Assembly: GCA_904420535.1 (NCBI GenBank)
Contig: CAJFVQ010000009.1
Coordinates: 7,694 to 71,693 of the forward strand
Source: Candidatus Cryptoclostridium obscurum
Lineage (GTDB): Bacteria > Bacillota > Dehalobacteriia > UBA7702
Length of the DNA stretch: 64,000 bases
Reading direction: 5' to 3'
A model generated the notes under the pieces. It searched no databases. It had not been told where the DNA came from and saw only the letters and a list, made by a program, of their open reading frames with translations. Of the stretch, positions 28,807 to 39,214 are shown piece after piece (position 1 is the first letter of the stretch; every line of letters begins with the position of its first letter). A program made the position numbers and the translations under genes.

Positions 28807-28824
28807 CGGAAAGGAGGATGCCAC

Positions 28825-29277
28825 ATGGCCGGAGTAAAAAGACTTCGCGGTGAATATTTTCATACCATTGATAAAAAAGGCCGTATGAGCATCCCCGCTA
28901 AATTCCGGGAAACCTTTGGTGATATGCTGATGATGGCCAAGGGACCCAATCATTGTCTCTACTTTTATCCCATAGAAGAATGGGAAAAAGCGGAAGAAAA
29001 GGTTTTAAATGCAGAAAACAGTAGTACACCTCAGGGAAAATTCCTGATCCGCAATTTTATCGGTGGATCCCAGGATGTGGAAATCGATGCCATGGGTCGT
29101 GTGCTTGTTCCCCAAAGTCTCCGTGAATTTGCCGGACTTACCGACAAAATGGACGTCGTGGTGGTAGGGGTCGGTTCTAAGGCGGAAGTTTGGCCAAAAG
29201 CACATTGGGCGGAAACCATGGAAGAGGATAGCAAAATCCTCGATTACGACCAGTGTCTCAGCGACTTCGGTCTATGA
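28825..29277 (+). CDS. mraZ: transcriptional regulator MraZ
   Basis: Two MraZ repeats (GEYFHTIDKKGRMSIPAKFRE and AMGRVLVPQSLREFAGL). RBS GGAAAGGAGG. Confidence 0.85.
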   Translation: MAGVKRLRGEYFHTIDKKGRMSIPAKFRETFGDMLMMAKGPNHCLYFYPIEEWEKAEEKVLNAENSSTPQGKFLIRNFIGGSQDVEIDAMGRVLVPQSLREFAGLTDKMDVVVVGVGSKAEVWPKAHWAETMEEDSKILDYDQCLSDFGL

Positions 29278-29340
29278 TGTGGTTTTTGTGTGATATACCG
29301 TGCGGGTATATATTATGTGGGATATATATTAGGAGAAACT

Positions 29341-30279
29341 ATGGATCATTTTCAGCATCAGCCGGTTTTACTGGAGGAAACCATTGCCAATTTGGTATGG
29401 AAAGAAGATGGGCTTTATGTGGATTGTACCTTGGGAGCAGGGGGCCACAGCGAAGCCATTCTACGACGGAACCTCAAGAGCCGCGTGATCGGAATTGATC
29501 AAGATCACGAGGCCATCGAGGCGGCTTCGGAAAGGCTCGCACCCTATGGTGATCGAGCTATTTTTGTTTGGAATAACTTTTGCAATTTTCGACAAATCAT
29601 GGAGGAATTGCAAATCCACCAAGTAGATGGTGTTTTGCTTGATCTTGGCATTTCTTCTCCTCAGTTAGATCATCAGGAACGAGGCTTTTCTTATCAGCAT
29701 AACGCACCTTTGGATATGCGTATGAATCAGCAAGCCGACATGGCTTCCGCGGCTGACCTGGTAAATCAATGCAGCGAAGAAGAACTTGCCGACATGATTT
29801 TTCGTTACGGCGAAGAGCGTTGGGCAAAACGCATCGCCCAATTTATTTGCCAACGGCGGCAGGAATTTCCCATTGAAACCACGGGAGAACTGGTCAGTAT
29901 CATCAAAGCTGCCATTCCCAAAAAAGCGAGGGAACATGGACATCATCCGGCGAAAAAGACATTTCAGGCATTACGCATCGCTGTAAACGACGAATTAAAT
30001 ATCATTGCACCTACCATGGAAGCAGCGGCGGAATTTCTATGTCCTGGAGGACGGCTCGCAGTGATCAGTTTTCACTCTCTGGAGGACCGAATTGTCAAAG
30101 AATCCATGAAGTATTTGGCCAAAGATTGTATCTGTCCGCCCAACCAAGTCGTTTGTACCTGCGATAAAAAGCAGTTGATACATATTATTACCAAAAAGCC
30201 CATATTGCCCGGAGAAGATGAACTAGAGGAGAATCCACGGGCCCGCAGTGCGAAATTGCGGGTCGGAGAACGAGTCTGA
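29341..30279 (+). CDS. rsmH: 16S rRNA (cytosine1402-N4)-methyltransferase
   Basis: HQPVLLEETI...YVDCTLGAGGHS...ISFHSLEDRIVK. Start MDHFQH with RBS TAGGAGAAAC. Confidence 0.85.
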   Translation: MDHFQHQPVLLEETIANLVWKEDGLYVDCTLGAGGHSEAILRRNLKSRVIGIDQDHEAIEAASERLAPYGDRAIFVWNNFCNFRQIMEELQIHQVDGVLLDLGISSPQLDHQERGFSYQHNAPLDMRMNQQADMASAADLVNQCSEEELADMIFRYGEERWAKRIAQFICQRRQEFPIETTGELVSIIKAAIPKKAREHGHHPAKKTFQALRIAVNDELNIIAPTMEAAAEFLCPGGRLAVISFHSLEDRIVKESMKYLAKDCICPPNQVVCTCDKKQLIHIITKKPILPGEDELEENPRARSAKLRVGERV

Positions 30280-30292
30280 CAGGAGTATGGAA

Positions 30293-30733
30293 ATGAAATC
30301 ATCGACATCGAAGGAAATGACATCAGCTCCTAAGAAGCGGAGCACATTACGGCTTATTCGCCAAACACCTTTACGCTATTTGATGGTTGCTATGATTTTT
30401 TCCTTGGCACTATTATATCTTTCTACCAATAGTGTCATTGAAGAAAAAGGAGCGGAGATCCGCCAATTGAATGAAGAAATTGCTTCTTTAAGCGCGGAGA
30501 ATAAGGAGTTGGCTTTGGAAGAAGCAACTCTAACCACTCCTTCTCATATGGAAGCCGCTGCCCGCGAACTAGGCATGGTCTCTTGTGGGGAAGACAACAG
30601 AATATTTTATCTTGCCAAAGATGATGGGGGCGAAAGTGCCTCTGAAAAGAAAGAGGATCCTTTGACGGAAGAGGACACCTCCCTTCGTCAGCAGCTTTAT
30701 GAAGCGCTGTCCTCTGCAGAAAAAAACCGATAA
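30293..30733 (+). CDS. ftsL: cell division protein FtsL-like (single TM plus coiled coil)
   Basis: TM LRYLMVAMIFSLALLYL, then a coiled coil EEKGAEIRQLNEEIASLSAENKELALEE. Position after rsmH is conserved in dcw clusters. The start is ambiguous (30287 or 30293). Confidence 0.6.
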   Translation: MKSSTSKEMTSAPKKRSTLRLIRQTPLRYLMVAMIFSLALLYLSTNSVIEEKGAEIRQLNEEIASLSAENKELALEEATLTTPSHMEAAARELGMVSCGEDNRIFYLAKDDGGESASEKKEDPLTEEDTSLRQQLYEALSSAEKNR

Positions 30734-30796
30734 CACCATTTGTCAAGTTTCATCAGTTCCTTTCATAAGCATTATCTGAAAGGCGGTTTTAGCATC

Positions 30797-32977
30797 ATGA
30801 AGACAAAAAGCTCTGTTATGTCAAAATTTTTTCGCACCCGAATTTTACTGGTTTTTGTTGCATTTTTCTTACTTTTTGCTATGGTTGTTTTGCGGCTTTT
30901 TTATTTACAGGTTGTTTCTGCCGATGAACTGGAATCCAAAGCCAAACAGCAGCAGATGCGGGAAGTCCCTGTGGAAGCAGAACGAGGAACTATCTTTGAT
31001 CGCAATGGCAATATTTTGGGAGCGAGCATATCTGTGGACTCTGTCTATGCAAGTCCTACGGAAATTAGTGCCGAAGAGGCGCCGGAAATTGCCAAGACTT
31101 TAGCGGAATTACTGAATTTGGAGGAAGACGCCGTTTATGAAAAACTGACCTCCGGCCGTGCTTATGAGTGGATTGGACGAAAGATTGATGAGGACACGGC
31201 AACAAAAATTCGAGAACTGGATCTTCCTGGCATCGGTCTGACGACGGAAACGAAGCGCAGTTATCCCAATGGAAATCTGGCATCCCATATTTTGGGTTTC
31301 GTCGGTGTCGATAATCAGGGGCTTGAGGGAATCGAAGCAATGATGGACGACACCCTCACCGGTTCCGACGGATATATTTTGGCTCAGTATGATAGTCATG
31401 GTCAAGAAATTACTGGTTCAAATCGAAGCTATGTCGATCCGGAAAACGGCGACAGCATCGTTCTTACCATTGATGAAAATATTCAATATTTTTGCGAGCG
31501 AGAATTGGATCAACTGATGAACGGAACAGTCAACCCCAAAGGGGCGGCCATTGTCATGATGGAAGCCAAAACAGGGGAGCTTCTTGCCTTGGCGGTGCGC
31601 CCCGACTATGATCCCAATGCATATGGTGATTATGACAGCAGTACCTGGCGCAACACTGCCATAAGCGATTTTTATGAGCCGGGCAGCACTGCAAAGATTT
31701 TGACCATCAGCGCCGCTTTGGAGGAAGGCGTGGTATCTGAGGAGGATCAGTTTTATGATCCCGGTTATATTTCCATTGGAAATCTAAAAATTAAGTGTTG
31801 GTCCTCGACCCCCCATGGCAGCCAGAGTTTTGTGGAAGTTGCAGAGAATTCTTGTAATCCCGGCTTTGTGGAAGTGGGGCAACGCATTGACGAAGACGAT
31901 AATGAAACCTTTTACCGTTACCTGAAAGCCTTTGGTATTGGTCAGGAAACCGGTTTGGAATTGCCCGGGGAAAGCAATGGAAGTCTTCGTGATCTTTCCT
32001 CGCAAGACGAGATCAATCCCATTGACGTCGCTAATATGTATATCGGTCAGGGTTACGGTGTGACTCCCATTCAGTTAGTCACTGCGGTTTCCGCAGCGGT
32101 GAACGGCGGAACTCTGATGGAACCTCATTTGGTCAAGGAAATTCGGGACAGCAATGGAAATGTGAAAGAGACCGTTGCGCCAAAGGAAATACGCCGTGTC
32201 ATCAGTGAAGAAACTTCTTCCAGGGTATGCAGTATTTTGGAGAGTGTTGTGGCCAACGGTACAGGAAATAAAGCGTACATTGAAGGATATCGCGTTGGCG
32301 GCAAGACGGGAACGGCCCAGAAGTTCATTGACGGCGCTTATTCCAAAAGTAAATATGTCGCCTCTTTCATTGGCTTTGCTCCGGCCGATGATCCTGAGAT
32401 AGTTTGTTTGGTAGTGATTGATGAACCCGGCAGTTATCCTATTTACGGTGGCACTATTGCGGCGCCGGTTTTTCAGAAAGTGGTTTCTGACACGCTTCCA
32501 TACCTCGGTGTGGAACCACAGATTTCCTCGGAAGAAGAAAACGATGGCGATACAACAAGTATAAAAGAAGAATTGGAAACGAAAACTATTGCCGTGCCCT
32601 CAGTAACGGGACTTTCCCAAGAGGAAGCGGAAAAAATATTAAATGAAAGCGGACTTACTCTTCGCATCAGCGGCGAAGGAGACATTGTTTCGTCCCAAGT
32701 TCCGGCTCCTTTGACCAAAGTGGCCAAAGGAGATGAAGTCATTCTCACCATGGGAGACGACGGAGCCGATACGGTGACAATACCCAATTTAAAAGGCAAA
32801 GGAATTTTGGCCTGTAGCGAAATTGCAGAGGCATTAGGCTTGGTCTTTGTTCCGGAAGGTTCCGGCATTGCCGTATCACAGCAGCCGGAAGCAGGAACTG
32901 AGTTGAAACGCGGCGAAGTAATCAAAGTCGTTTTTGAAAATCAAGACGAGACGGAAATAGAGACGCTTTCACCATAA
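30797..32977 (+). CDS. class B penicillin-binding protein (SpoVD/PBP2B-type) with two C-terminal PASTA domains
   Basis: N-terminal TM, dimerisation domain, transpeptidase motifs STAK...SCN...KTGT, then two PASTA repeats (VPSVTGLSQEEAEKILNESGL and IPNLKGKGILACSEIAEALGL). Confidence 0.8.
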   Translation: MKTKSSVMSKFFRTRILLVFVAFFLLFAMVVLRLFYLQVVSADELESKAKQQQMREVPVEAERGTIFDRNGNILGASISVDSVYASPTEISAEEAPEIAKTLAELLNLEEDAVYEKLTSGRAYEWIGRKIDEDTATKIRELDLPGIGLTTETKRSYPNGNLASHILGFVGVDNQGLEGIEAMMDDTLTGSDGYILAQYDSHGQEITGSNRSYVDPENGDSIVLTIDENIQYFCERELDQLMNGTVNPKGAAIVMMEAKTGELLALAVRPDYDPNAYGDYDSSTWRNTAISDFYEPGSTAKILTISAALEEGVVSEEDQFYDPGYISIGNLKIKCWSSTPHGSQSFVEVAENSCNPGFVEVGQRIDEDDNETFYRYLKAFGIGQETGLELPGESNGSLRDLSSQDEINPIDVANMYIGQGYGVTPIQLVTAVSAAVNGGTLMEPHLVKEIRDSNGNVKETVAPKEIRRVISEETSSRVCSILESVVANGTGNKAYIEGYRVGGKTGTAQKFIDGAYSKSKYVASFIGFAPADDPEIVCLVVIDEPGSYPIYGGTIAAPVFQKVVSDTLPYLGVEPQISSEEENDGDTTSIKEELETKTIAVPSVTGLSQEEAEKILNESGLTLRISGEGDIVSSQVPAPLTKVAKGDEVILTMGDDGADTVTIPNLKGKGILACSEIAEALGLVFVPEGSGIAVSQQPEAGTELKRGEVIKVVFENQDETEIETLSP

Positions 32978-33016
32978 TAGCAGAATCGCCACTTAAGGTG
33001 TTAGGGAGGTTGAAAC

Positions 33017-34462
33017 ATGAAGTTGAAGGAGATTGCATCGGCATTGGGTATCCAATGTCATGGAGATGTGGAAATTACCGGGATCCAGTATGATTCCCGT
33101 AAAATAACTTCGGGAGATTTGTTTGTTTGTCTGCGGGGTAACGCCACCGATGGCCATCAATATGCCGCTAAAGCGGTTGCTATGGGAGCCGCAGCTTTAT
33201 TGGTTGAGGAGCTAATTCCCGCTTGTAATGTCCCGCAGCTTCTGGTAGAGAACTCCCGGCATGCACTGGCCCTGGCGGCAGAAGCATTTTTCGGATTCCC
33301 TCAAAAGTCTTTAAAATTAATCGGTCTTACTGGTACCAACGGTAAAACCACCACCACCCATTTGATTAAATGGATTTTAGATCGTCAAGGGAAAAAGACT
33401 GGACTCATCGGAACCAATCATATTATTATTGGCGACCGAGTCATTCCCGCTACCCATACCACACCGGAGTCTCTTGAAATATCATCTTATTTGCGTCAAA
33501 TGGTGGATTGCGGTTGTGAATATGCTGTGATGGAAGTCAGTTCTCACGGCTTGAAACAAGGGCGCGTTTCCGCACTGAATTTTTCTGCCGTGTCCTTTAC
33601 CAATCTTACGCAGGATCATCTTGACTATCATGATGATTTCGCGGACTATTTGGCATCAAAACAGATTTTATTTCGTTCTTTGGATCAAAACGCCGTTGCG
33701 GTTGTGAATTACGATGATCCCTATGGCAAAGAATTTATTGCTGTTTCCCCTGTAACTCCCAAAACCTTTGGCCATAAAGACGGTGCTGATTACCGCGGCC
33801 GCGACGTGGCAATTACACCACAGGGAACTGCCTTTATTTTGGATTGCGAGGGAACTTCTTATCAAGTGCAAACGCCACTTCTCGGTGATTTTAACGTCTA
33901 CAATGTTATGAACGCCATTGCGGTAACCCGCGGTCTTGGGGTAGATATGGAAGATATTTTGGAATCTATGGCGCAGGCACCCCAAGTACACGGTCGTTTT
34001 GAAAAAGTCAAGGCGGAGAAAGGGCCTACTGTGGTGATCGACTATGCCCACAGTCCTGACGGATTAAAAAATATTTTGACCACTGCCAATGAGATGAAAA
34101 AAGGCCGCGTGGTTTTAGTTTTTGGCTGTGGCGGAGATCGGGATCAGACGAAACGCCCGATTATGGGAAAAATCGGCGGCTCCATGTCGGATTTCGCTTA
34201 TGTTACATCGGATAATCCTCGTACGGAAGATCCCGCTTCTATCGTTGCCATGGTGGAAGAAGGGGTGAAAGAAAGCGGTGGCAATTATCAGGTGATTGTT
34301 GATCGTAGGGAGGCAATCAAAGAGGCGATTCTTCATGCGAAGCCCGAAGATATGGTAGTCATCGCCGGGAAGGGGCACGAGGATTACCAGATTTTAGGAA
34401 CAGAAAAGGTCCATTTTGACGATTTTGAAGAGGCAAAAAAGGCCTTGGCTCTTTATGAATGA
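33017..34462 (+). CDS. murE: UDP-N-acetylmuramoyl-L-alanyl-D-glutamate--2,6-diaminopimelate ligase (DNPR motif, meso-DAP type)
   Basis: GLTGTNGKTTTTHLI and DNPRTEDP. Confidence 0.9.
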   Translation: MKLKEIASALGIQCHGDVEITGIQYDSRKITSGDLFVCLRGNATDGHQYAAKAVAMGAAALLVEELIPACNVPQLLVENSRHALALAAEAFFGFPQKSLKLIGLTGTNGKTTTTHLIKWILDRQGKKTGLIGTNHIIIGDRVIPATHTTPESLEISSYLRQMVDCGCEYAVMEVSSHGLKQGRVSALNFSAVSFTNLTQDHLDYHDDFADYLASKQILFRSLDQNAVAVVNYDDPYGKEFIAVSPVTPKTFGHKDGADYRGRDVAITPQGTAFILDCEGTSYQVQTPLLGDFNVYNVMNAIAVTRGLGVDMEDILESMAQAPQVHGRFEKVKAEKGPTVVIDYAHSPDGLKNILTTANEMKKGRVVLVFGCGGDRDQTKRPIMGKIGGSMSDFAYVTSDNPRTEDPASIVAMVEEGVKESGGNYQVIVDRREAIKEAILHAKPEDMVVIAGKGHEDYQILGTEKVHFDDFEEAKKALALYE

Positions 34463-34497
34463 CTGAGAAAAGAAGTGGAAAGGAACGATGAATCACC

Positions 34498-35487
34498 ATG
34501 AGAATATTACTTTGGCCGCTTTTGAGCGCTGTGATTCTAGGATTGATCTTGACGCCCATTGCTATTCCCATTTTGCGGAAACTCCGTTTTGGACAAAATG
34601 TACGAAATGATGGTCCCCAAGCTCATTTAAAAAAAAGTGGGACTCCCACCATGGGCGGGGTTGTTTTTATCGTGAATATGGTCATCATGACCTTGTTCTG
34701 GGGTGAATTTGGCTTTACCATGGGGCTGACTGTCGGCGTCACCGGTCTGTACGGTCTTTTGGGGTTTTCCGACGATTTTATCAAAACAGTAAAAAAACGT
34801 TCTTTAGGACTGCGAGCATGGCAAAAAATGCTGGGTGAAGTTTTGATTGCCGTGTTACTGATCTTTGGCGCAACGCTGGCACTGGGCCGCGGCACTGATT
34901 TGGCCATTCCCTTTTTGGGCACAGTCGATGCTGGTATTTTCTATTATATTTTGGCTTTCATTTTAGTGGCTGGGGTCACCAACGGCGTCAATCTTACCGA
35001 TGGCATGGACGGTCTTGCAGCAGGTTGCTGTTTCTTTTCTTATTTAGGATACGGCATTCTCTGTTTTCATTGTATTGGCCAACCTCCTTTTGCCGGGGTC
35101 AGCTATGAAACTCTTACTGCCTTTGCCGGAATTATGGCTGGGATCTGTTTAAGCTTCCTTTTCTTCAATCATTTCCCCGCAAAGGTCTTCATGGGAGATA
35201 CCGGTTCGTTGTTTTTAGGGGGTGGACTTGCGGTTTTATCCATCCTTACGGGAACGGAGTTTCTTTTAGTGGTCATGGGCGGCGTCTATGTCATTGAGGC
35301 TCTTTCCGTCATAATACAAGTAGTATCCTTTAAATTGACGGGAAAACGCGTGTTCCCTATGACTCCCATTCACCACAGCTTTGAGGTGGAAAATGGCCTC
35401 GGTTGGAAGGAAACCAAAGTGGTGCCTACCTTTTGGGCGGCTTCCGCTGTGTTTATGGCGTTAGCTCTGTTTTTATATTTCAATTAA
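34498..35487 (+). CDS. mraY: phospho-N-acetylmuramoyl-pentapeptide transferase
   Basis: Ten TM segments with NGVNLTDGMDGLAAG and HHSFE motifs. It directly follows murE, with no murF between. Confidence 0.9.
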   Translation: MRILLWPLLSAVILGLILTPIAIPILRKLRFGQNVRNDGPQAHLKKSGTPTMGGVVFIVNMVIMTLFWGEFGFTMGLTVGVTGLYGLLGFSDDFIKTVKKRSLGLRAWQKMLGEVLIAVLLIFGATLALGRGTDLAIPFLGTVDAGIFYYILAFILVAGVTNGVNLTDGMDGLAAGCCFFSYLGYGILCFHCIGQPPFAGVSYETLTAFAGIMAGICLSFLFFNHFPAKVFMGDTGSLFLGGGLAVLSILTGTEFLLVVMGGVYVIEALSVIIQVVSFKLTGKRVFPMTPIHHSFEVENGLGWKETKVVPTFWAASAVFMALALFLYFN

Positions 35488-35550
35488 AAATATCGGAAAT
35501 ATTTGCCTTTTTAGAAAGAAATAGTCTCTTTGGATTCGAGGTAACATAAA

Positions 35551-36942
35551 ATGCAAGTGAATGGTAAAAAAGTGCTGGTACTTGGTGGTGGAAAAAGTGG
35601 TATCAGCGCCGTAAAATTTTTATTGGAACGGGGCGCGGCTGTTGATCTTTACGACGGCAATGCCGAGAGAAAACCGCAATATGATGAGATTCCCGAAGCA
35701 GGGTTCATTCTGGGGAAGTCGCCGGATTTGGGGTCTGTGAGTTACGATTTTGCTGTTGTTAGTCCTGGCATTCCTCTTACCAATGCTGTGGTGGAATCGC
35801 TACAAGAGTCAAATATTCCCATCATGGGGGAATTGGAACTAGCTTCTCGTTTTCTCACTTGTGACATTATAGGTATTACCGGTACCAATGGTAAAACAAC
35901 GACCACTACTTTGGTGGGAGAAATTTTAAAGAATGCCGGTTTCCGCACCTTTGTCGGTGGGAATATCGGCACCCCTTTGTTAAAAGCTGTGGGGCAGGAT
36001 TACGAATATTGCGTGGTAGAAATGTCCAGTTTTCAGTTGGAAACCATTTCTTTGTTGGATGCCAAAGTTTCTCTATATTTGAATTTGACGCCAGATCATC
36101 TCGACCGTCATGGTTCCATGGAAGGGTATCTGGCAGCCAAAGGGAATTTGGCAGTGAAACAGTCTAAACAACATTTCACCGTTTTGAATTATGATGACCC
36201 CTATCTTGTGACTTTGGAAGATCAGACCCGGTCTCATTGTGTCTTTTTCAGCAGCGAGGAATATCTTTATGAAGGCACTTGCGTTCATAACGGAGAAATT
36301 TACTTTTCTGCCGGAACCGATGGGGAACGGGAATTTATCATGAAACGCGATGAAATCCATTTACCCGGTCCCCATAATTTGGAAAACGCTCTTGGCGCCA
36401 TCACCGTGGCAAAGCTGCTGGGTGTGGATACTAAGGTGATTCGCAATACATTGAAGACCTTTGAAGGTGTGGAACACCGTCTTGAGGATGTCGCTACCAT
36501 CAAAGGCGTCCGTTATATCAATGATTCTAAAGCGACGAACCCCGATTCCGTCTATAAAGCTTTGGCCTCTTACGGCACAACTCCCATCATTCTCATTGCC
36601 GGAGGGCGAAATAAAGGAAATTCTTTTGACACTTTAGGGAAATTAATTGCCGAAAAAGTAAAATATTTAATTCTTATCGGAGAGGCAGCAGAAGATATTG
36701 CCAAATCCGCAGAGAAAGCGGACTTTCATGAATATCAAATCGTAGAAAACTTAGCGGCTGCCGTGGCTTTGGCCGCGGAACACGGGGAAAAGGGAGATAT
36801 TGTTTTACTTTCCCCGGCCAACGCCAGCTTTGATCAGTTTCACAGTTATGAGCACCGTGGTGAAGTTTTTAAAGACATCGTGTTAAATCTTAAGAGGGGG
36901 AAAAACTATGCCCGGATTACCAGCGAGGAAAAAACAACCTGA
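35551..36942 (+). CDS. murD: UDP-N-acetylmuramoylalanine--D-glutamate ligase
   Basis: KVLVLGGGKSGISA...GITGTNGKTTTT. Confidence 0.85.
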   Translation: MQVNGKKVLVLGGGKSGISAVKFLLERGAAVDLYDGNAERKPQYDEIPEAGFILGKSPDLGSVSYDFAVVSPGIPLTNAVVESLQESNIPIMGELELASRFLTCDIIGITGTNGKTTTTTLVGEILKNAGFRTFVGGNIGTPLLKAVGQDYEYCVVEMSSFQLETISLLDAKVSLYLNLTPDHLDRHGSMEGYLAAKGNLAVKQSKQHFTVLNYDDPYLVTLEDQTRSHCVFFSSEEYLYEGTCVHNGEIYFSAGTDGEREFIMKRDEIHLPGPHNLENALGAITVAKLLGVDTKVIRNTLKTFEGVEHRLEDVATIKGVRYINDSKATNPDSVYKALASYGTTPIILIAGGRNKGNSFDTLGKLIAEKVKYLILIGEAAEDIAKSAEKADFHEYQIVENLAAAVALAAEHGEKGDIVLLSPANASFDQFHSYEHRGEVFKDIVLNLKRGKNYARITSEEKTT

Positions 36943-38026
36943 TTTTCTGCTCCTACTGTCGGTAATCGGCCTTTTGTTGCTTGGTATCATTATGGTATTT
37001 AGCGCCAGTCAATACATGGCGGCAAACAGCGATATCAACGATGGCCTCTACTATTTAAAAAAACAATGCCTCTGGGCCGTTCTTGGTTTGGCGGCTCTGG
37101 TCTTTATGTTAAAAATTGATTATCATTTTTTGAAGAAATTGGCTTTGCCTGGATTGATCGCTGCGGTCATTTGTCTCATTTTGGTAAAAGTTGGCGCAGG
37201 TGCTTCCTCTCTGGGAGCTGAACGTACTTTAGTCTTGGGGCCTATTCACTTCCAGCCATCGGAATTTGTAAAACTTGCACTTATTTTGTTTTTCGCTTAT
37301 AATATGAGCGAACATCAAGATGTGATGGGTACCTTTCGCTACGGATTTTTACCCCATGTCATTGTGTTGGCGGTTTTTTGCGGTTTGATTATGCTGCAGC
37401 CAGATCTTGGCACTTCAGTGGCTTTGGCCGGCACTGCCTTTTTGATGATGGTCAGTGGCGGTGTAAAGTTCCGCTATCTCGCCGCTCTCATTGGTTTGGG
37501 GGTGGTTTTAGTAGGACTCGCCATTTGGTTGGAGCCTTTTCGTATGGCTCGTTTTACCGCCTTTTTGGATCCTTGGGAAGATCCTCTGGGATATGGTTTT
37601 CAAACAGTTCAGTCTCTCATTGCCATTGGCACCGGCGGCTTCTCCGGTGTGGGATTGGGAGCCGGCGGTTCCAAATGGTATTATTTGCCAGAAGTCCATA
37701 CAGATTTTATTTTTTCCATTATTGGAGAAGAATTGGGATTTGTTGGTACTGTGTTTACGGTTCTACTATTTGCCGTATTTGTATGGCGCGGTATCCGCAT
37801 TGCTCTCTCTTTGGAGGATTCTTTTGGTGCCTTGCTTGCCCTGGGAATCACCGCCATGGTGGGAGTCCAAACCTTAATCAATTTTTTTGTCGCTACGGGA
37901 ATGATGCCCGTAACCGGCATTGCCCTGCCTTTTATCAGTTATGGCGGTAGTTCATTGTTGTTTACCCTGGCTGCGGCGGGGGTGCTTTTAAATCTTTCTT
38001 CCTATATGCCCAAAGGAGGCAGTTGA
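36908..38026 (+). CDS. ftsW: SEDS-family peptidoglycan glycosyltransferase FtsW/SpoVE
   Basis: Ten TM helices with the SEDS motifs DFIFSIIGEELGF and PFISYGGSS. Overlaps the murD end by 35 nt. Confidence 0.8.
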   Translation: MPGLPARKKQPDFLLLLSVIGLLLLGIIMVFSASQYMAANSDINDGLYYLKKQCLWAVLGLAALVFMLKIDYHFLKKLALPGLIAAVICLILVKVGAGASSLGAERTLVLGPIHFQPSEFVKLALILFFAYNMSEHQDVMGTFRYGFLPHVIVLAVFCGLIMLQPDLGTSVALAGTAFLMMVSGGVKFRYLAALIGLGVVLVGLAIWLEPFRMARFTAFLDPWEDPLGYGFQTVQSLIAIGTGGFSGVGLGAGGSKWYYLPEVHTDFIFSIIGEELGFVGTVFTVLLFAVFVWRGIRIALSLEDSFGALLALGITAMVGVQTLINFFVATGMMPVTGIALPFISYGGSSLLFTLAAAGVLLNLSSYMPKGGS

Positions 38027-38030
38027 ATAT

Positions 38031-39104
38031 ATGCGTCTCATTATTACCGGCGGCGGCACTGGCGGACATTTGTATCCGGCCCTTGCCATTGGTCGCGCGT
38101 TTCAAAAACGCAGTGCTGAAGTACATTATATTGGTTCCCGTTGTGGGATTGAAAAAGACATTATGAAAAACAGCGACTTCCCTACGGACCTTCTTCCTGT
38201 GGAAGCCATGCGCAATAAAAACCTTCTGACCTTGCCCAGGGGCGTTTATCATTTAATGCGTTCCCGTAGCCAGGCAAAGAGAATCGTAAAACAGTTTGCT
38301 CCCGACCTGATTATCGGTACTGGGGGCTATGCTTCATTTCCGGTATTGGATGCAGGGGTAAGCCTTGGCGTAAAAACTATGATTCATGAAGCCAATGCAG
38401 AAATGGGTAAAGCCAATGAGCGGCTGGCCGCCAAGGTGGATTGCCTGTGTCTTACTTACCAAAGCACGGCTCGTCAAGTGAAAAATACAAAAAACGTGAA
38501 AATTACAGGAATGCCCGTGCGGGAAAGTATTAAAACTTCCACCAGGGAACAAGGCGCAGATTATTTGGGAATCAACGATGATACCTTGTTGGTCACCATC
38601 ACTGGCGGCAGTCAGGGCTCTCACCATATCAACGAGGCTATGGCGGCTTATTATGAACATTATCATGGGACAGATAACATCTTATTCTATCATATTGTGG
38701 GGCGGCAAAATACTTCGGACGGGACCGCTGTGGAGCATATTCCCCATGTGCGAGTCAATACCTATGAAGAACGAATGGATCTCGTTTTGGCTCGCACGGA
38801 TATTTGTGTTGGCCGCGCCGGGGCATCTTTTTTGGCGGAAGTTGCTGTGAAGGGACTTCCCACTGTTTTGGTGCCCTATCCCTTTTCCAACGGGCATCAG
38901 GAAAAAAATGCCGCTTACTTCGATGGTATTGGTGCGGCAAACATGGTTTTAGACCGCGATCTGCCCGATGGTTTGATTCAGGCGTTGGATCGTTTGATTG
39001 AAAACGAAACTTATCGTAAGAATATGGGCAAAAAAATGCTGGGTGAGGCCAAAGCTGATGCTTTGGACAAGATCGTGGAAGCTGGTATAGCGTTGCTGAA
39101 ATAA
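38031..39104 (+). CDS. murG: UDP-N-acetylglucosamine--N-acetylmuramyl-(pentapeptide) pyrophosphoryl-undecaprenol N-acetylglucosamine transferase
   Basis: MRLIITGGGTGGHLYPALAIG. Confidence 0.85.
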   Translation: MRLIITGGGTGGHLYPALAIGRAFQKRSAEVHYIGSRCGIEKDIMKNSDFPTDLLPVEAMRNKNLLTLPRGVYHLMRSRSQAKRIVKQFAPDLIIGTGGYASFPVLDAGVSLGVKTMIHEANAEMGKANERLAAKVDCLCLTYQSTARQVKNTKNVKITGMPVRESIKTSTREQGADYLGINDDTLLVTITGGSQGSHHINEAMAAYYEHYHGTDNILFYHIVGRQNTSDGTAVEHIPHVRVNTYEERMDLVLARTDICVGRAGASFLAEVAVKGLPTVLVPYPFSNGHQEKNAAYFDGIGAANMVLDRDLPDGLIQALDRLIENETYRKNMGKKMLGEAKADALDKIVEAGIALLK

Positions 39105-39214
39105 TTGTTTTGGCCCAATTTAAGAAAATCTCAGACCATGGAAAGGGGCGTCTGCACCCTTTCCATGGTGCTGCATAGTATACATAAGGATGAAGATCCT
39201 TGGGGAGGAAAACA

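Noticed and set aside
28636-28953. 105 aa minus-strand ORF spanning the mraZ start
   Set aside because: It overlaps the mraZ RBS and 5' coding region on the opposite strand, with no RBS.
36908-36942. Possible frameshift between murD and ftsW because of the 35 nt overlap
   Set aside because: A downstream in-frame start for ftsW is plausible and such overlaps are common in dcw clusters. There is no evidence of disruption.
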